Assembly: GCF_003918875.1 (NCBI RefSeq) | Contig: NW_025765443.1 | Location: 62,001 to 126,000 of the forward strand | Reading direction: 5' to 3' | DNA length: 64,000 nt | Source: Haliotis rubra | Taxonomy: Eukaryota | In this document: positions 35,150-48,600 of the stretch, piece after piece | How positions within the stretch are numbered: the stretch's first letter is position 1 | Layout: each line of letters starts with the position of its first letter | Notes under the pieces: generated by a model | Told to the model about the DNA's origin: nothing | Database searches by the model: none | Seen by the model: the letters and a program-made list of their open reading frames with translations, nothing else | Program-made: the position numbers and the translations under genes

Positions 35150-38100
35150 GTGCATAAAGCGTCCTGTCGTGATGTATATGGATATAAAGTAGTCTTTTGT
35201 ATTAGTAGTAAATTGTTCTTAGTGTGGACAAACGTAGTTTCTCATTTCAGGTCACTTATCAGAGTACAACTCGAGCAAGTCGTGTTCTGGCTTAAATATC
35301 GACAATGTAACGATTATGAAAATGGTTAATCAGCGTTTATCTTTTATCAACTGCAAGCATCAAAAGCAGTGTTTATTGAACTCAGCACTCTCGAATATAG
35401 CTCATGTTATGTGATTCAGTGCATGACCTTTTGTAAGTATGTTGTATTATTTTGAATATTTCTCTATGAATAAATGTTTGCGGTTGACACGTTCGCTTGT
35501 CGCCCTGATTATATAAAAGTTTGATTCACAGCTGTGAAGCCAAGTGCTGTGTGTCTCGATAATACGTGTGGGTTGAAAGATGCATAAAATTATGTTACTT
35601 TTTACCATGGTATTGCACTGAAATACAACACATGTTTATTCAGTAAAGTAATTAGATACTGTTTGAAACATTTCAAAAGTTCAAACACGGTTGAATCGTT
35701 TCCTTATTACGCTGCACATGTAAGTTTTGATTCACAGCATGGGTGAAGTCAGTTCCTTCTTCCTTGTTGTGGCATAAGGTTTGCAAATTGCGCCAAACTA
35801 TGTCACTTTAACAACATTCCTGGACTGATATATATTAGCTTAAAGTTACATATACCCGGAGAAACATTGATATCGTTTCTTATATGTCGAACGTTTATGC
35901 ATGTCTCTATGTACATATTTCACTGACACCTCTCTTCATGAATGTCAAACATATCACAAATAATAAGCCTCATGTGCCTATAATTTCATATATGTAGAAC
36001 CTTCAGACTTGCCCGTGTGTACATTCGTCATTATATAAATGTCAAGATACCACCGATAGCTGGTTTGTTAGTGCAAAACCGTGGTATGTTTCTTTGGAAG
36101 GTCACATGCACCTCATCATATCGTAGTAAATTATGATACAAACTATATGTACTGTCACCTCATGTTTTTACTCTTTCCAAATGATTTGATTTGTAACATA
36201 AATGATATCCACTTGAACAACATGTTTTTTTCCCACTATATTTCACGTCGGCCATTTACGCCTATTTGTATTGTATTTCCTTATTTCTAAACCTGCGGCA
36301 AGTGAGCAAGAAAATATAAATAACCCTGACGTTGTTATCTAGCAGCAACCTTTCAGGTTGTACTGAGAGTCGCCATTGGCCATGTTCACTATATGCGGAT
36401 TAGCAATGCAATATTTTTTTGCAGTTACAAATTTCATTACCTACGAGGGCGAAACTATTGGGATTCAGATTTTTCATACTATGCCCTAAGGCAAAATATC
36501 ACTTAGTCACGGTGACATAACGCAATGAACAATGCCGTGACGTCACGTTTTTCTATGACGTTGCGTTCTACATGCGGCGACGGCAGGTAGCCAGCCTATG
36601 TTTGAAAGTAGATTTGGGTTTACTTTCCTCAATTTGACGACTTCGTTAATAAATAGAGCATTATATTCGTGCCCATATCACATTTGTGCCTAAAGATCGG
36701 TATATCACTCGCCCTCGCTCGGGAAATAGCAACATTTAGGCACTCGTGGCGTAAACATAGTATGACATGGGCACATATCCACTATTTAGTTTGTCTGTCT
36801 GACTCTATGATTTCTTTAATGAGATAAGTGCTGTGTGTTCATCAGTAAAGTATGCAGTTATGCATCATTGCTATTTTCTATGAATTGTGTTTGCCTACTT
36901 CATATTCCTCATCGATTATGAGTCCCTATGGTTCCTAGTATGGTGATCTACCTTCAGTTGTTGGCGATCATTAGCCCGTGTTTTATATTGTATTGTCTTC
37001 TTTTAGTTTTACATGCTAGTTTTGTGTTCATATATGTGATACTATTTTTACTGTCCATCATCGACAGGTTTTACTCTCTAAAATGTTATTATTTTTTATT
37101 GTATAAATTCCTCACGATATGGCTGAGATATTGCCGATGTCACGTTAAATGTTAACTTGCTCATCCACTGCTCAATTATGAACATTTTGCGGATATTTAA
37201 CAAGATTAGGACTGGTAGCGGGTTCCAGGATTGAAATGAACCCCTGCAACATATACTTATCGTAAAGGAGAACATAAAAAACAGCCAAGCTGACTTTTGC
37301 GCAGAACTGTGGTGAATAGTTGTGTAGCTTTCGTTGTCGAAGTAATAACAAGGTTGTTCGCAATATAAGAAATTACTTTGCAATTTTTCTGTTGGCATTG
37401 GTGTCGGTTAATGACTAGCTTCATGTTTGTATTACAATAGCTGTGTGCAGTTACCTTTCTACAGATATTGACGTTAGTTTTTGGCTTGTTACCATGAGTT
37501 AGTTTTGTTTATTAAGCCTACATTGTGTAAACATTTCAGGTTACAGATACATATTAATGATACATATTTGATGAAGGGACATTGTAATGTCGATGCAAAG
37601 AATAAAATGTTCTTATCCACCAATGTGTCACCTATTCATTGTCGGATGAAGTGTACAGACTGGGGGATGAGTACATGAGTAAAATATGCATGCTTCCAAG
37701 TGATTATTTAAGTGGATTGTGAGATGTTGGCAAATACCAAAGGATGGTTGTATGTAATATTCAATGGTTTCACTGATTTATGTCTAAACGGCTACAGCAG
37801 TAAAATACGTTTTAACCACCACTGGACACAGTTCCTCAACTGTCCCTTGACGACATGTTTTATATTATACATTTATCCCTTATCAATGTCAAATTGGATT
37901 TCGTCACGAAATGGTTGAAATATTACCGATGTGACAATAAATACACACACACTCGCTCGCTCGCTCATAATGCCTCTTTGTGCTTTATAGCTGGGGCATT
38001 GTACGGCATATGTCGTCGCGAGAATTTGTTTTATGTTGCGAAAATACACTATTAAAAACCCAAAGAAGTAAAACCCAAAGGCGAAATTAGAACAATATAC

Positions 38101-39269
38101 TCTGTTCAATATGCTGACTATAGTTCATTTAGTTTGATTGAAACTATACATGGCGGTAGCTACACGTCCTGTCCACCTGTGGGCAGGCTTAATACGACTA
38201 CGCCATGGAAAGACTTAGTGTTTAAATTATGAAGGGAGTCAGCAGTGACACGAGCTCTATATGTTCTCTCACTTTGAATAATGACAAGAATGTGGCATGA
38301 ATGATTTGGTCGATGTTCCGATGTTTTGGTCACATTCCATAGAACCACCACCAAGTAAAATCTCCGTTTGAAGGATTGGCCTCCCCATACCATCACAACA
38401 CAGAATATGTTGACCGCCAACGAATCCATCGATTTGTCCCAAACAGCTCGGTGACAAACATTAATAGCAATGTCAGTGGACATACTGTCCTCTCTCTCAT
38501 CCAGCTAGGGCCCATGCAGGAAGTAAATGTACTGTACGTCCCGATGGTCCCTAGTATGTTGATATACTAATTACTATGTATAAACTTCATTGTTCTCGTC
38601 ATGAAATGGCTGAAATATTGCCGATGTGACGATACATTTTAACTCACTCACTCACTCCTCTCTCGCGGCTATGGATTCATCACCGAAGCAGACCCGCCAA
38701 ACAGAGCCTTACAGTCCCTATCTGTACGTACGGCGTTGCTCTATAGTGTTAGTAGTCGTCGAAGCAGATGTATGTTGTGTGGGTGTGGGTGTGGGTGTGG
38801 GTGTGGGGGGGGGGCTGGAGTTTCCTCCCCACTCCCTCACAACCACTCAAATAAAGATCAAGGACGGTTGTGCACATGGGCTTACATTTCATTTTCTCTT
38901 TTTCCCGTTGCCTTATCATGTGTGGACGGTATGCGGCTAGGGTACTATAGAGTACAGAAGTTTAGACCATTGTATCTACATGTACACGTAACAAAGCAGT
39001 TTCGCAGGTGTATGAATTGTATAGACAATTTGTGTAGACTGTATCGCCCGGTTTGCACAAAGCATGACAGGAGACTATATCTATTTTATGTTTTCAATAC
39101 GTGTTTTATTTAAACAACTTCCTTGTTGCCGAATTGTATTGGTGTTCAGACAGGCGACTGTGGGCTGTTGATGTGAGAGGTGAGTAGCGCAGAGACATAG
39201 TTTAGCTCTTATCCGGAGTAGGTATGTGAGTGAAAGATCTGGCATCCCCACTCTTGTACATTGGCCATG

Positions 39270-39481
39270 TCTTCAGTAACCCATGCTTGTCGTAAGAGGC
39301 GACTAAAGGGATCGGGTCGCCAGGGTCGCCGACTTGGTTTACACATGCCATAGGTTCTCAATTGCGCAGATCGATACTGTTTATCACTGGATTGTCTGGT
39401 CCAGACTCGATTATTTACAGACCGCCGCGATATAATTGGACTATTGCTGAGTCCGGCGTAAATATAAACTCACTCACTCAC
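39270..39481 (+). mobile_element. SINE-like family S1, 5' truncated
   Basis: cttcagtaacccatgcttgtcgtaagaggcgactaa...actcactca. Confidence 0.8.
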
Positions 39482-39663
39482 CCTCAGAATGCAGTGTCAT
39501 TTAGTTTTGATTGATTTTGCGATATCGAGAAACGAGGTCGTACCAAATGTCTTTGCAAGCATGACATTATCTGTCCACAGGTTTTGTTTCGTAAGTGTAT
39601 ATTTATCTGTTATGCTAACCCCGGTGTTGATACATTTGCTCTCATCCCTTTGCCTCTTTTCAG

Positions 39664-42600
39664 GAATCTAACATCGGAAGGTGCTGGGTGGGATTGCTTG
39701 TGATCTGTGTCACCGTGAACCTCACCGGTAGGGACGTTATTCACTTAATGTAAAACAAGAGTAGCTATGTGTAGGGAAGAGGGCTTACTTTTCAATAATG
39801 CCCAAGGGTCATGTTATATCCAACTTATAAACCGATCGAAGATATACTTTAGATATAATTTCAATACTTAGTATTTACTGTTGAAATCAACTGGGATGAG
39901 ACTGGCAGCCGACGCCTCGCAATGCACGTGCTCCGCGCTACCGTTTCCCTGCACGATAATGTCATATTTTAAGATCGCATTCAGTGATGGCAAGACAAAG
40001 TCGTATCAATCTTCAAAACAAGTAATAATTCAAAGTCAAGGGCTATTCCTCAGAAAAGCCCGAGGCAGAGGGACGTTATTAAGATAATGCCCTGGGCACA
40101 GGGACGTTATTAAGATAATTGCCAGGGGCACAGGGACGTTATTAAGATAATTGCTCGAGGAAGCGAGATTGTATCAGATTTGAGGGATATTACGAGAAAA
40201 AAAGTGTCCCCTAAGAACAATGGAGTGACGTAACTGTCGGTTTATAAGTGCATATAGTGTTTGGACTTGATGAACAAACACTCACTTAGCTATCACTGAA
40301 TGCTAACAATACTGTATTGTATATTTCTAACTGAGTAACAAGCGGAGCCATGTTTTTTGAAACAAATGCAGAATGCCACTGTAATACCACAGAGCTCTGT
40401 GACAAGTTCCCCTCAACTCCCTGTAGTCAGATGGATGGTCAGGACATGTGTCAGGAGGGATGGTTTGGTCCGTGTTGTCAGAAACGTGAGTGTGGAGTTG
40501 ATTGGTAGATGTGGTGAATACACAAAGTTATGAATATGTACATGAGTGGGGGTAGATGAGTAGACGGGTATATGTAAAACAATGATTGCAAGTCACCGAT
40601 ACTTGTGATACTAATTATGTATCTAAATTTCAGAAAACATTGCTTTGCGGAGATCTAGCAGCCAGAGTAGCACACTGACCAATTTTCCAAATCTGTATGG
40701 AGCAGCACTTGGTGTGGACGGCAGAGCCACCACAAATGTCTATAGCTCACCACGGACATGTGCTCATACAAAGAAAGAGACAAATCCAACCTGGACTGTG
40801 AACCTGAACACTTCAGTTCCAGAGAAGATACAACACATCAGACTCTATCTACGTGACGACCGTGAGTGCACGCAGGCACGCACACACGCACGCACGAACG
40901 CACTGTACAGTATAGGATATTTTGTGAGAGGATTATTTAAGGGTGACAACATCCGACACTGCAAGAAATGGCCTCTTTTGAAGGGAATGACAATTTGGCC
41001 TTTCAGTTGGCAACCTTAACATGTACAGCTAAATTCGAAATCAACGAAACGTAACTGAATAAGATTTTAGTGAGCCAGAATGTTTATTATTGTATCGATT
41101 TGTAATAGATTGTTAAGGATGTTTTTTACACACGAATGGTTCCCTTTCAAGAGTCATATTTTGTATTCATCTGAATTTACGTCGAACAAGGTATAGCCTC
41201 ATCAGAAAGGTACAGATTGTTCTGTCCCCATCTGAGTGAAGTAATATGGTTTTGCACCATCTTTAGCAATATTCCAGCAATATTACGTGAATCTCACCTG
41301 AATTAAGCTCATACTCTGTACCATATGAGGTATCGAATCCGGGTTTTAATGCATGACGAGCGGTCGTTTTGACCATTAATGTACGTCATTACATTATAAC
41401 AGTATATATAAATAGCACAAAATAGTTGTGCACTTTCAGTTTCAGACTGAAAGTTATCAAACACGTGAAAATCAACCTCTTCGCATCATACTATGTTGCA
41501 CGTGCAGTACCTATTGCGCTGTCACTGCAGACGTTGTGTCTCTATGTTAAAGATGTAAGCAACTTTCTTGCACTGATGGTCTAAAAATAGCCAACTGCAG
41601 ATATTGTTGGGTACAGAGTATTCATTATCATGTACTGTACTGACATATTGTAGACTATTTAAGTTATTTTACAATTGGTCGTCCTCATTTTAAGACGGGG
41701 CGATGGGGTAGCCAAGTGATTAAAGCGTTCGCCCGTCACGCCGTCAACCCCACATGGGCACGATGTGTGAAGCCCATTTCTGATAAACACCGTAGCAACT
41801 GGTTTTCTATGTTAATGTACAATAATATCAACGGGCATCACTGTATCACTTTGTATTAACTACACACAACACATTAATATAATCAGTACGATAGTTGCTA
41901 ATTGAGCACCTTTGGTTATACAGAAATACATGAAAATTCATGAAATACATGTCCTCATCATCAGTTAACCATTTCGGCAGCAGCAGATGTTGACGAAACG
42001 TGATGAATACAAATACTGTTTCTGTGATGTGACAGATCCACATAGATGTAAACTTTAGCGAAGTCAGTAATAATAATGGCATGCTCTAAAACGCAAACAG
42101 CGTATGTGCCTTTCATGTGTTGTGTGGATATAGTGACACTGTGTTGTCTATGTTATGTGTTCATTGTGTCTGTAAGTCTGTAAAACCCGTGGTTAGAATA
42201 TTGCCCTTCAACATGCTGGTTTCAGCAACCCGTGCTTGTCGTAAGAGGCGACTAACGGGATCGGGTGGTCAGGGGTCGCTGACTTGGTTGACACATGTCA
42301 TCGGTTCCCAATAGCGTAGATCGATGCTCATGCTGTTGATCACTGGATTGTCTGGTCCAGACTCGATTATTTACAAATCGCCGACATATAGCTGGAATAG
42401 TGCGGCGTAAAACTAAACTCACTCACTCACTGTTAGTCTGTAATTTGTGCCTGCATGCGCGCGCGTGCGTTTTATGCGTGTTGTGTTGCGTGTATGTGTG
42501 TCTAATGTGCGTGTGCAAGCGCGTGAGTGTGTGTGTGTGTTAGGCTTATATGTGCGTATATTGTGTTGATGTCTTTTCTGGAAAAATGTTAGTGTAAAGC

Positions 42601-45600
42601 GTTGGTGGCTAGTCTGACAGGTAAAACTGAATTATGCGGTAAGATTTGAACTGCATACGATTCGCTTTACCGTGGTTCATATCCGAGCTTGCAAAGCAGA
42701 ATTTGTGTTATCTTTCATAACTCAAGTCATCTATGTTCATTTAACGTGTTCCACTGATGCAACACAATTAATACTTATGACATTTCTCAATCATTTTTTA
42801 ACAGTTCAGGAGAGAAGCAACGGCATGGAGATACTTGTGGGCAGCCAGATGTGCTACAACTGGTCATCAACTGAACATCCTCCTCCTATAGCTAACGTCA
42901 CCTGCCGCCAGCCACTGACAGGAACCACGGTCACTATACGGATACCTGGTCAACTGAAATATCTTACTTTGTGTGAAGTGCAGATATTTGGTATGTCATT
43001 AATAGGTATATGAACAGATACCAAAAGAATAATAATGAACTGACAACAAACTATATCGGAAAACGCCACCCAACATTTGCAATTCAGGCCACGTTCATTG
43101 TTTATAACACTGACGTTAGATCGGATTAATCGATCCTTCTTCCGCAATGAAATATGAAAAACAGTAAATGCTGTTAGAAATTACATCAGCATATTCCGTC
43201 TTTTACATCTTTTAGGTTCATCATGAATGCATGTAAATCAAAATCTTATAGTTTAACTGTAATTCTGTGTTGAACAATACAAGTTTGCAGTAACGGATGG
43301 TTTTCTAAAGATTGTGATAAATACTGCCGCTGCCTTAACAGTACTGATGTATGTGACAAGATCAGTGGTCACTGTTCTAGTGGATGTTTCCCTGGTTATC
43401 ATGGCACTGACTGCCAAACAGGTATGTGCTGAAAATACAAAAATAGCAACTAGACTGTGTACAAAGTATATAATTTTAGTTCAAATAAACGGTTTATCAA
43501 GTTATTATCCTTTATTGTTTAGACTCTTGTGAAGACTGTGCAAATAATTTCGGATTTCCAATACGACGATTTACGCAAAACAGAAATGTGAACTGGACTT
43601 TTATTTGTAAGGCTATCCCCTCTTGTGCATGAGGGGATGTGCATTTGCATGGATTTGAATGACGACACAATGTTATGTCTACAACGTTAGTACTGATATC
43701 TGGCACCTATGAAGGGCCACCTCCTCGTGGTGGGTGCTGGGTCATGCTAAGCGCCCTTCAACTCCCCGTTGTGGACCCGTGGGGATATTTGGGCAACCAA
43801 CCCGTTTGCCGTGGGTTGCGCCCCTGTGTCGGTGGAGGACGGGTGGCTGGTGGTTGAGGGCACTGGTTCCAGGAACAGTGTTCCTTTGCCCAACACACCA
43901 CTTCGCCCCTTACTTCACCTAGACGGGTGGTTGAACTGGCCCGGTTCAATCAATCGTCTGGTCACGCCAAGCCCTGTGCTACAACTGTAAAATGTTGCAC
44001 AAAATTTGAGAATTATTATATGATATTTTTAAATCTTGGCAATTTTTGAACTTTGAATTTTTGAATTTCAACTGCACAATTTCATGTAAGTTTTTGCCTA
44101 GAGTCGTATGCCCAGAAGGCGGTGGCTCATTGGCCAATCTGGTGGATTCATTAATCTTTTAATTTTCTGTTGGAGTATGTCATCCGGGTATCCTTGGTGC
44201 TGCAAGTCGGAGATCCGCTTGTTTTTAGCATCGTCCTTGTGATACTCCATGGTGGGTGGGGAGCTCGGATGATGAAATCTAACACAATAACCATGGCTTA
44301 CGAAACCCCAACAAAAGAACCAAACGTCCTCTTGACAATGACCCGGTTGATGATGACCACAGACTGCCTAAGTCGATTGAGTATTGGCCACGTTTCCTTG
44401 TGATCGAGACTCTAGACAAGAGTCCATTAAAGTTGAACCCTTTTGCAGTATCTAAGGGTATTCAAGGTATTGCTGGGGATGTAAAGAACATTAAACGTCT
44501 CCGTTCAGGTGCGCTGCTAGTTGAATGTGCGAAAAAATCGCAATCAACAAACTTGATGAATACAGAATTGTTCGTTGGCATTCAGGTCTCGGTCTCTGCT
44601 CACAAAACTTTGAACACAAGTAAAGGAAACGTCAGAGACCGGGACAGATTGTTTGATGATATGTCAGAACTTGACATAGTATCAGAAATGAAAGATCAAG
44701 GTGTTCTTTACGTTAAGCGCTTTACAACCCGAAAAAACATTGAAACTTTCAGAACGAATACCTATCTGTTTTCCTTTTCATCTCCAAATGCTCCCAAATC
44801 GCTGAAGGCAGGTTGCTGTAACATTCCCGTTGACACCTACATCCCTAACCCACTCAGGTGTTTTAAATGCCAGAAATATGGACACGGTGTAAATACTTGT
44901 ACATTGTCTGTTGTGTGTGCTCACTGTGGTGAGAAGACACACACAACAGAAGATTGTAACAGTACTTTTAAAAAATGCACCAACTGCTCGGGCGACCATT
45001 CAGCTTTTTCTAAAGAGTGTCCCATTTGGAAAGAGCAAATGGCAATTAACAAAATCAAATTTACCCAAAATATCACTTTTTCTGAGGCAAAAAAACTGGT
45101 AAAGAGATCCGATCTTCCAGAGAGTTGTGCTGCAGTAGCCAAAACACCATCTGAGTCTAGCTCTAAAATAACAAAATCATCCACTAGCTGCCAAACAACC
45201 TTGACTTGGGTCAAAGGGGACTTTCCAAAGAATTTGTACCCTGAGATATCGTCTCAGACTGAAGAATCACTTCCTGGTACGTCAAAATCTTCTTCTGATC
45301 ATAAATCTTCCTCTCAATCACGCTCACTCACTCAATCGTCATCTGAAAATCAACAAATTGTTCAAAGTAAAGGTAAGCCTAAGCCTGATGCTAACAAGAA
45401 ACAAAGTGGCAGAGCTCCAGAGGGGTCGCAAAATAAAATTCAGTTGTTTAACAAATATGGATCTCTTGAGGACATGGACGTATCTGAAAACGTCCATTCT
45501 AGGGCACATAGCTTGTCGCCCTCAAAACAAGTGCGGGGTAGATCCCGAATAAATCCCCCCAAAAGATAATGTCTTCTATTAATCTTGTACAGTGGAACTG

Positions 45601-48600
45601 CAGAGGACTAAGGAAAAATTTCAATGATTTGCAGCTATTAGTCCAGGACTTCACACCATCAGCCATTTGTCTCCAGGAGACATACTTAAAACAGACGGAT
45701 ACATTCGATTTACGTTATTTCAATGCATACCATTCCTTTTCACCTCCAGGTGATCGGGCCACTGGAGGATCTTCGATCCTTATCAAGCAAAATGTTATCC
45801 ATAGCCCTGTTATACTTACTACTGGTTTCCAGGCGGTTGCCGTACGACTGAGGTTACATGTTGCGTTCACATTATGCTCTTTGTACATCTCCCCATCTTC
45901 AACTCTTCAGAAGACTGACCTTCAATATTTATATGACCAACTCCCGAAACCTTGTATCATTATGGGAGATTTAAATGGCCACAACCCGCTCTGGGGTGGT
46001 ACAACTACTAATGCTAAAGGTAAACTATTAGAAGAGTTTTGTTCAGACAATGATTTATGCATATATACTGACGGTTCTAGCACATATTTACATCCTGGTA
46101 CAGGAACTTATTCAGCTCTTGATTTATCAATTACTGACCCAGACTTATTTCATGAATTCGAGTGGTCAGTCCACGACGACCTGTGTGGAAGTGACCATTT
46201 CCCAACAATACTAAAACCCGTGAATCCATCTGATGTTCCTCCATCATCAAGATGGAACTTTAAGAAGGCTAACTGGCCTTTATATGAAACTTTCTGTACT
46301 GACAAACTGAAACCCGAACTTTTTCGTGATCTTCCTGATGCCATCAAATGTTTTTCAGATGAGCTCAGACACATAGCTGACAAGTGTATCCCCAAATCCT
46401 CTGCAGTTCCTCATGTACGTAAACCATGGTTTAACGCTGAATGCAAACAAGCTCGCAAGGCACGGAAAAAGCTGAAAATTATTTCCGTTGTCATCCTATG
46501 GTCCACAATTTAAACAAATTTAGAATTTTAAACGTCAAAGCACGGCATACTTTTAAACAAAATAAACGCCAATCTTGGCGAAGTTATGTCTCAAACATCA
46601 ATTCGCGCACGCCGATATCAAAGGTGTGGAACATGATTCAGAAAATAAGGTAAGGGCTCTAAATCTAGCATTAAGCATCTAAAAAGTGGAAATGAATTAT
46701 TAACTGATAAATCTGACATAGCAAATACTGACTGAGTTTAGTTTTACGCCGCTTTTAGCAATATTCCAGCAATATCACGGCGGGGGACACCAGAAATGGG
46801 CTTAACACATTGTGCCCATGTGGGGAATCGAACCCGGGCCTTCGGCGTGACGAGCCAACGCTTTAACCACGAGGCTACCCCACCGCCCCACATAGCAAAT
46901 AAACTTGGAGAAACTTTGGCCAAACATTCTTCCTCATCTAACTATGTACCTGAATTCCAGAAATATCAAAGACAGCAGGAAAAGAAATCTATTAATTTCA
47001 ATTCAGACAATGGGGAAGACTACAATGAAACCTTTTCGATACATGAGCTTCATACTGCTCTTGACCAAGCTCACGATACTGCTTCAGGAGCTGATGGCAT
47101 ACATTATCAACTCCTGAAGCACTTGCCTGAATCATGTTTAGAGACGCTCCTATCTATTTTTGATGACATTTGGACATCTGAACAATTTCCTTCGTCGTGG
47201 CGCGATGCTATAATTGTGCCCATCCCTAAACCTGGACGTGATCATACTGATCCTTCCAGTTATAGGCCAATTTCATTAACTAGCTGTGTTTGCAAGACCA
47301 TGGAACGCATGATAAAAAATCGACTTGTTTGGTACTTGGAAACCAATAACCTTATAACTAATATACAATGTGGTTTCCGTAAAAACCGTAGTACCATCGA
47401 TCATTTAGTGCGCTTAGAATATTTTGTGAAAAATGCCATAATTAATAAACAACATGCAGTGTCGATCTTTTTCGATTTAGAAAAAGCATACGACACAACA
47501 TGGAAACATGGGATTTTAAAAGATTTACATGACTTTGGATTACGAGGCCGTTTGCCTCGCTTTATATCCAACTTTTTAAATAACAGGCAATTACAAGTCC
47601 GAGGGGGTTCAACCCTGTCTGACCATTCTAATCAGGAACAGGGAGTCCCGCAAGGCAGTATTTTGTCTGTAACACTCTTTAGCATCAAGATTAACAGTTT
47701 ATCAAAGGTTTTAAAAGATTATATTACTGGATCTCTTTTTATGGATGATTTTAATATTTCTTGTCGCGGTAAAACTATGCATACTATTGAACGGCAAATG
47801 CAGCTGTGTTTAAATAAAATACATAAATGGTGTCTTGAAAACGGCTTTAAATTTTCTAAATCCAAAACTAATTGGATACACTTTTGTAGAAAATATAAAC
47901 CGCGTAAAGACCCGGAACTGTTCCTCAATGGCACTCCCATCAAAATTGTGAAGGAGGCCCGGTTCTTGGGCTTAATTTTTGACTCGCATCTGACTTTTCT
48001 TCCCCATATCAAGTCACTAAAAACTAAATGCTTGAAGTCACTTGACTTGTTGAAAGTCGTTGTCAATTCTAAGTGGGGAGGGGATCAAGCTACCCTCCTA
48101 CAATTATATCGATCATTGGTACGTTCCAAACTTGATTATGGCTCCATCGTTTATGGTGGAGCCTGCAACAGTAATCTAAAACTTTTAGATTCTGTCCACC
48201 ACCAAGGTCTAAGACTAGGTCTTGGTTCCTTTAGAACTTCACCTGTTGACAGCCTTTACGTCGAGGCTGATGAGCCATCTCTTACACAACGCCGTATAAA
48301 AGTAACTTTACAGTATATTACAAAACTTTATTCCAATGAGTTAAACCCTGCATATAACCGTGTCTTTAATCCACTATATGAAGATCTGTATAACAAGAAG
48401 CCTTCTCTTGTTCCGCCTCTGGGATAAGAGTGAAACCTTTCCTTTCTGCTGCTGGCATTGAGCTAGAACATATAGCTCCTTCCCGTTTTCTTTCTTCTCC
48501 GCCTTGGCAGTTGGTTAGGCCACAAGTTGACCTAACATTAATTACATTTAAAAAATCAGAAACAAATGAATTGCAGTATAAACAAGAATTTAGTCAATTA

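Noticed and set aside
40060-40160. CRISPR-like ~30-bp direct repeats
   Set aside because: No unique spacers, no cas genes and a eukaryotic context; it is a minisatellite.
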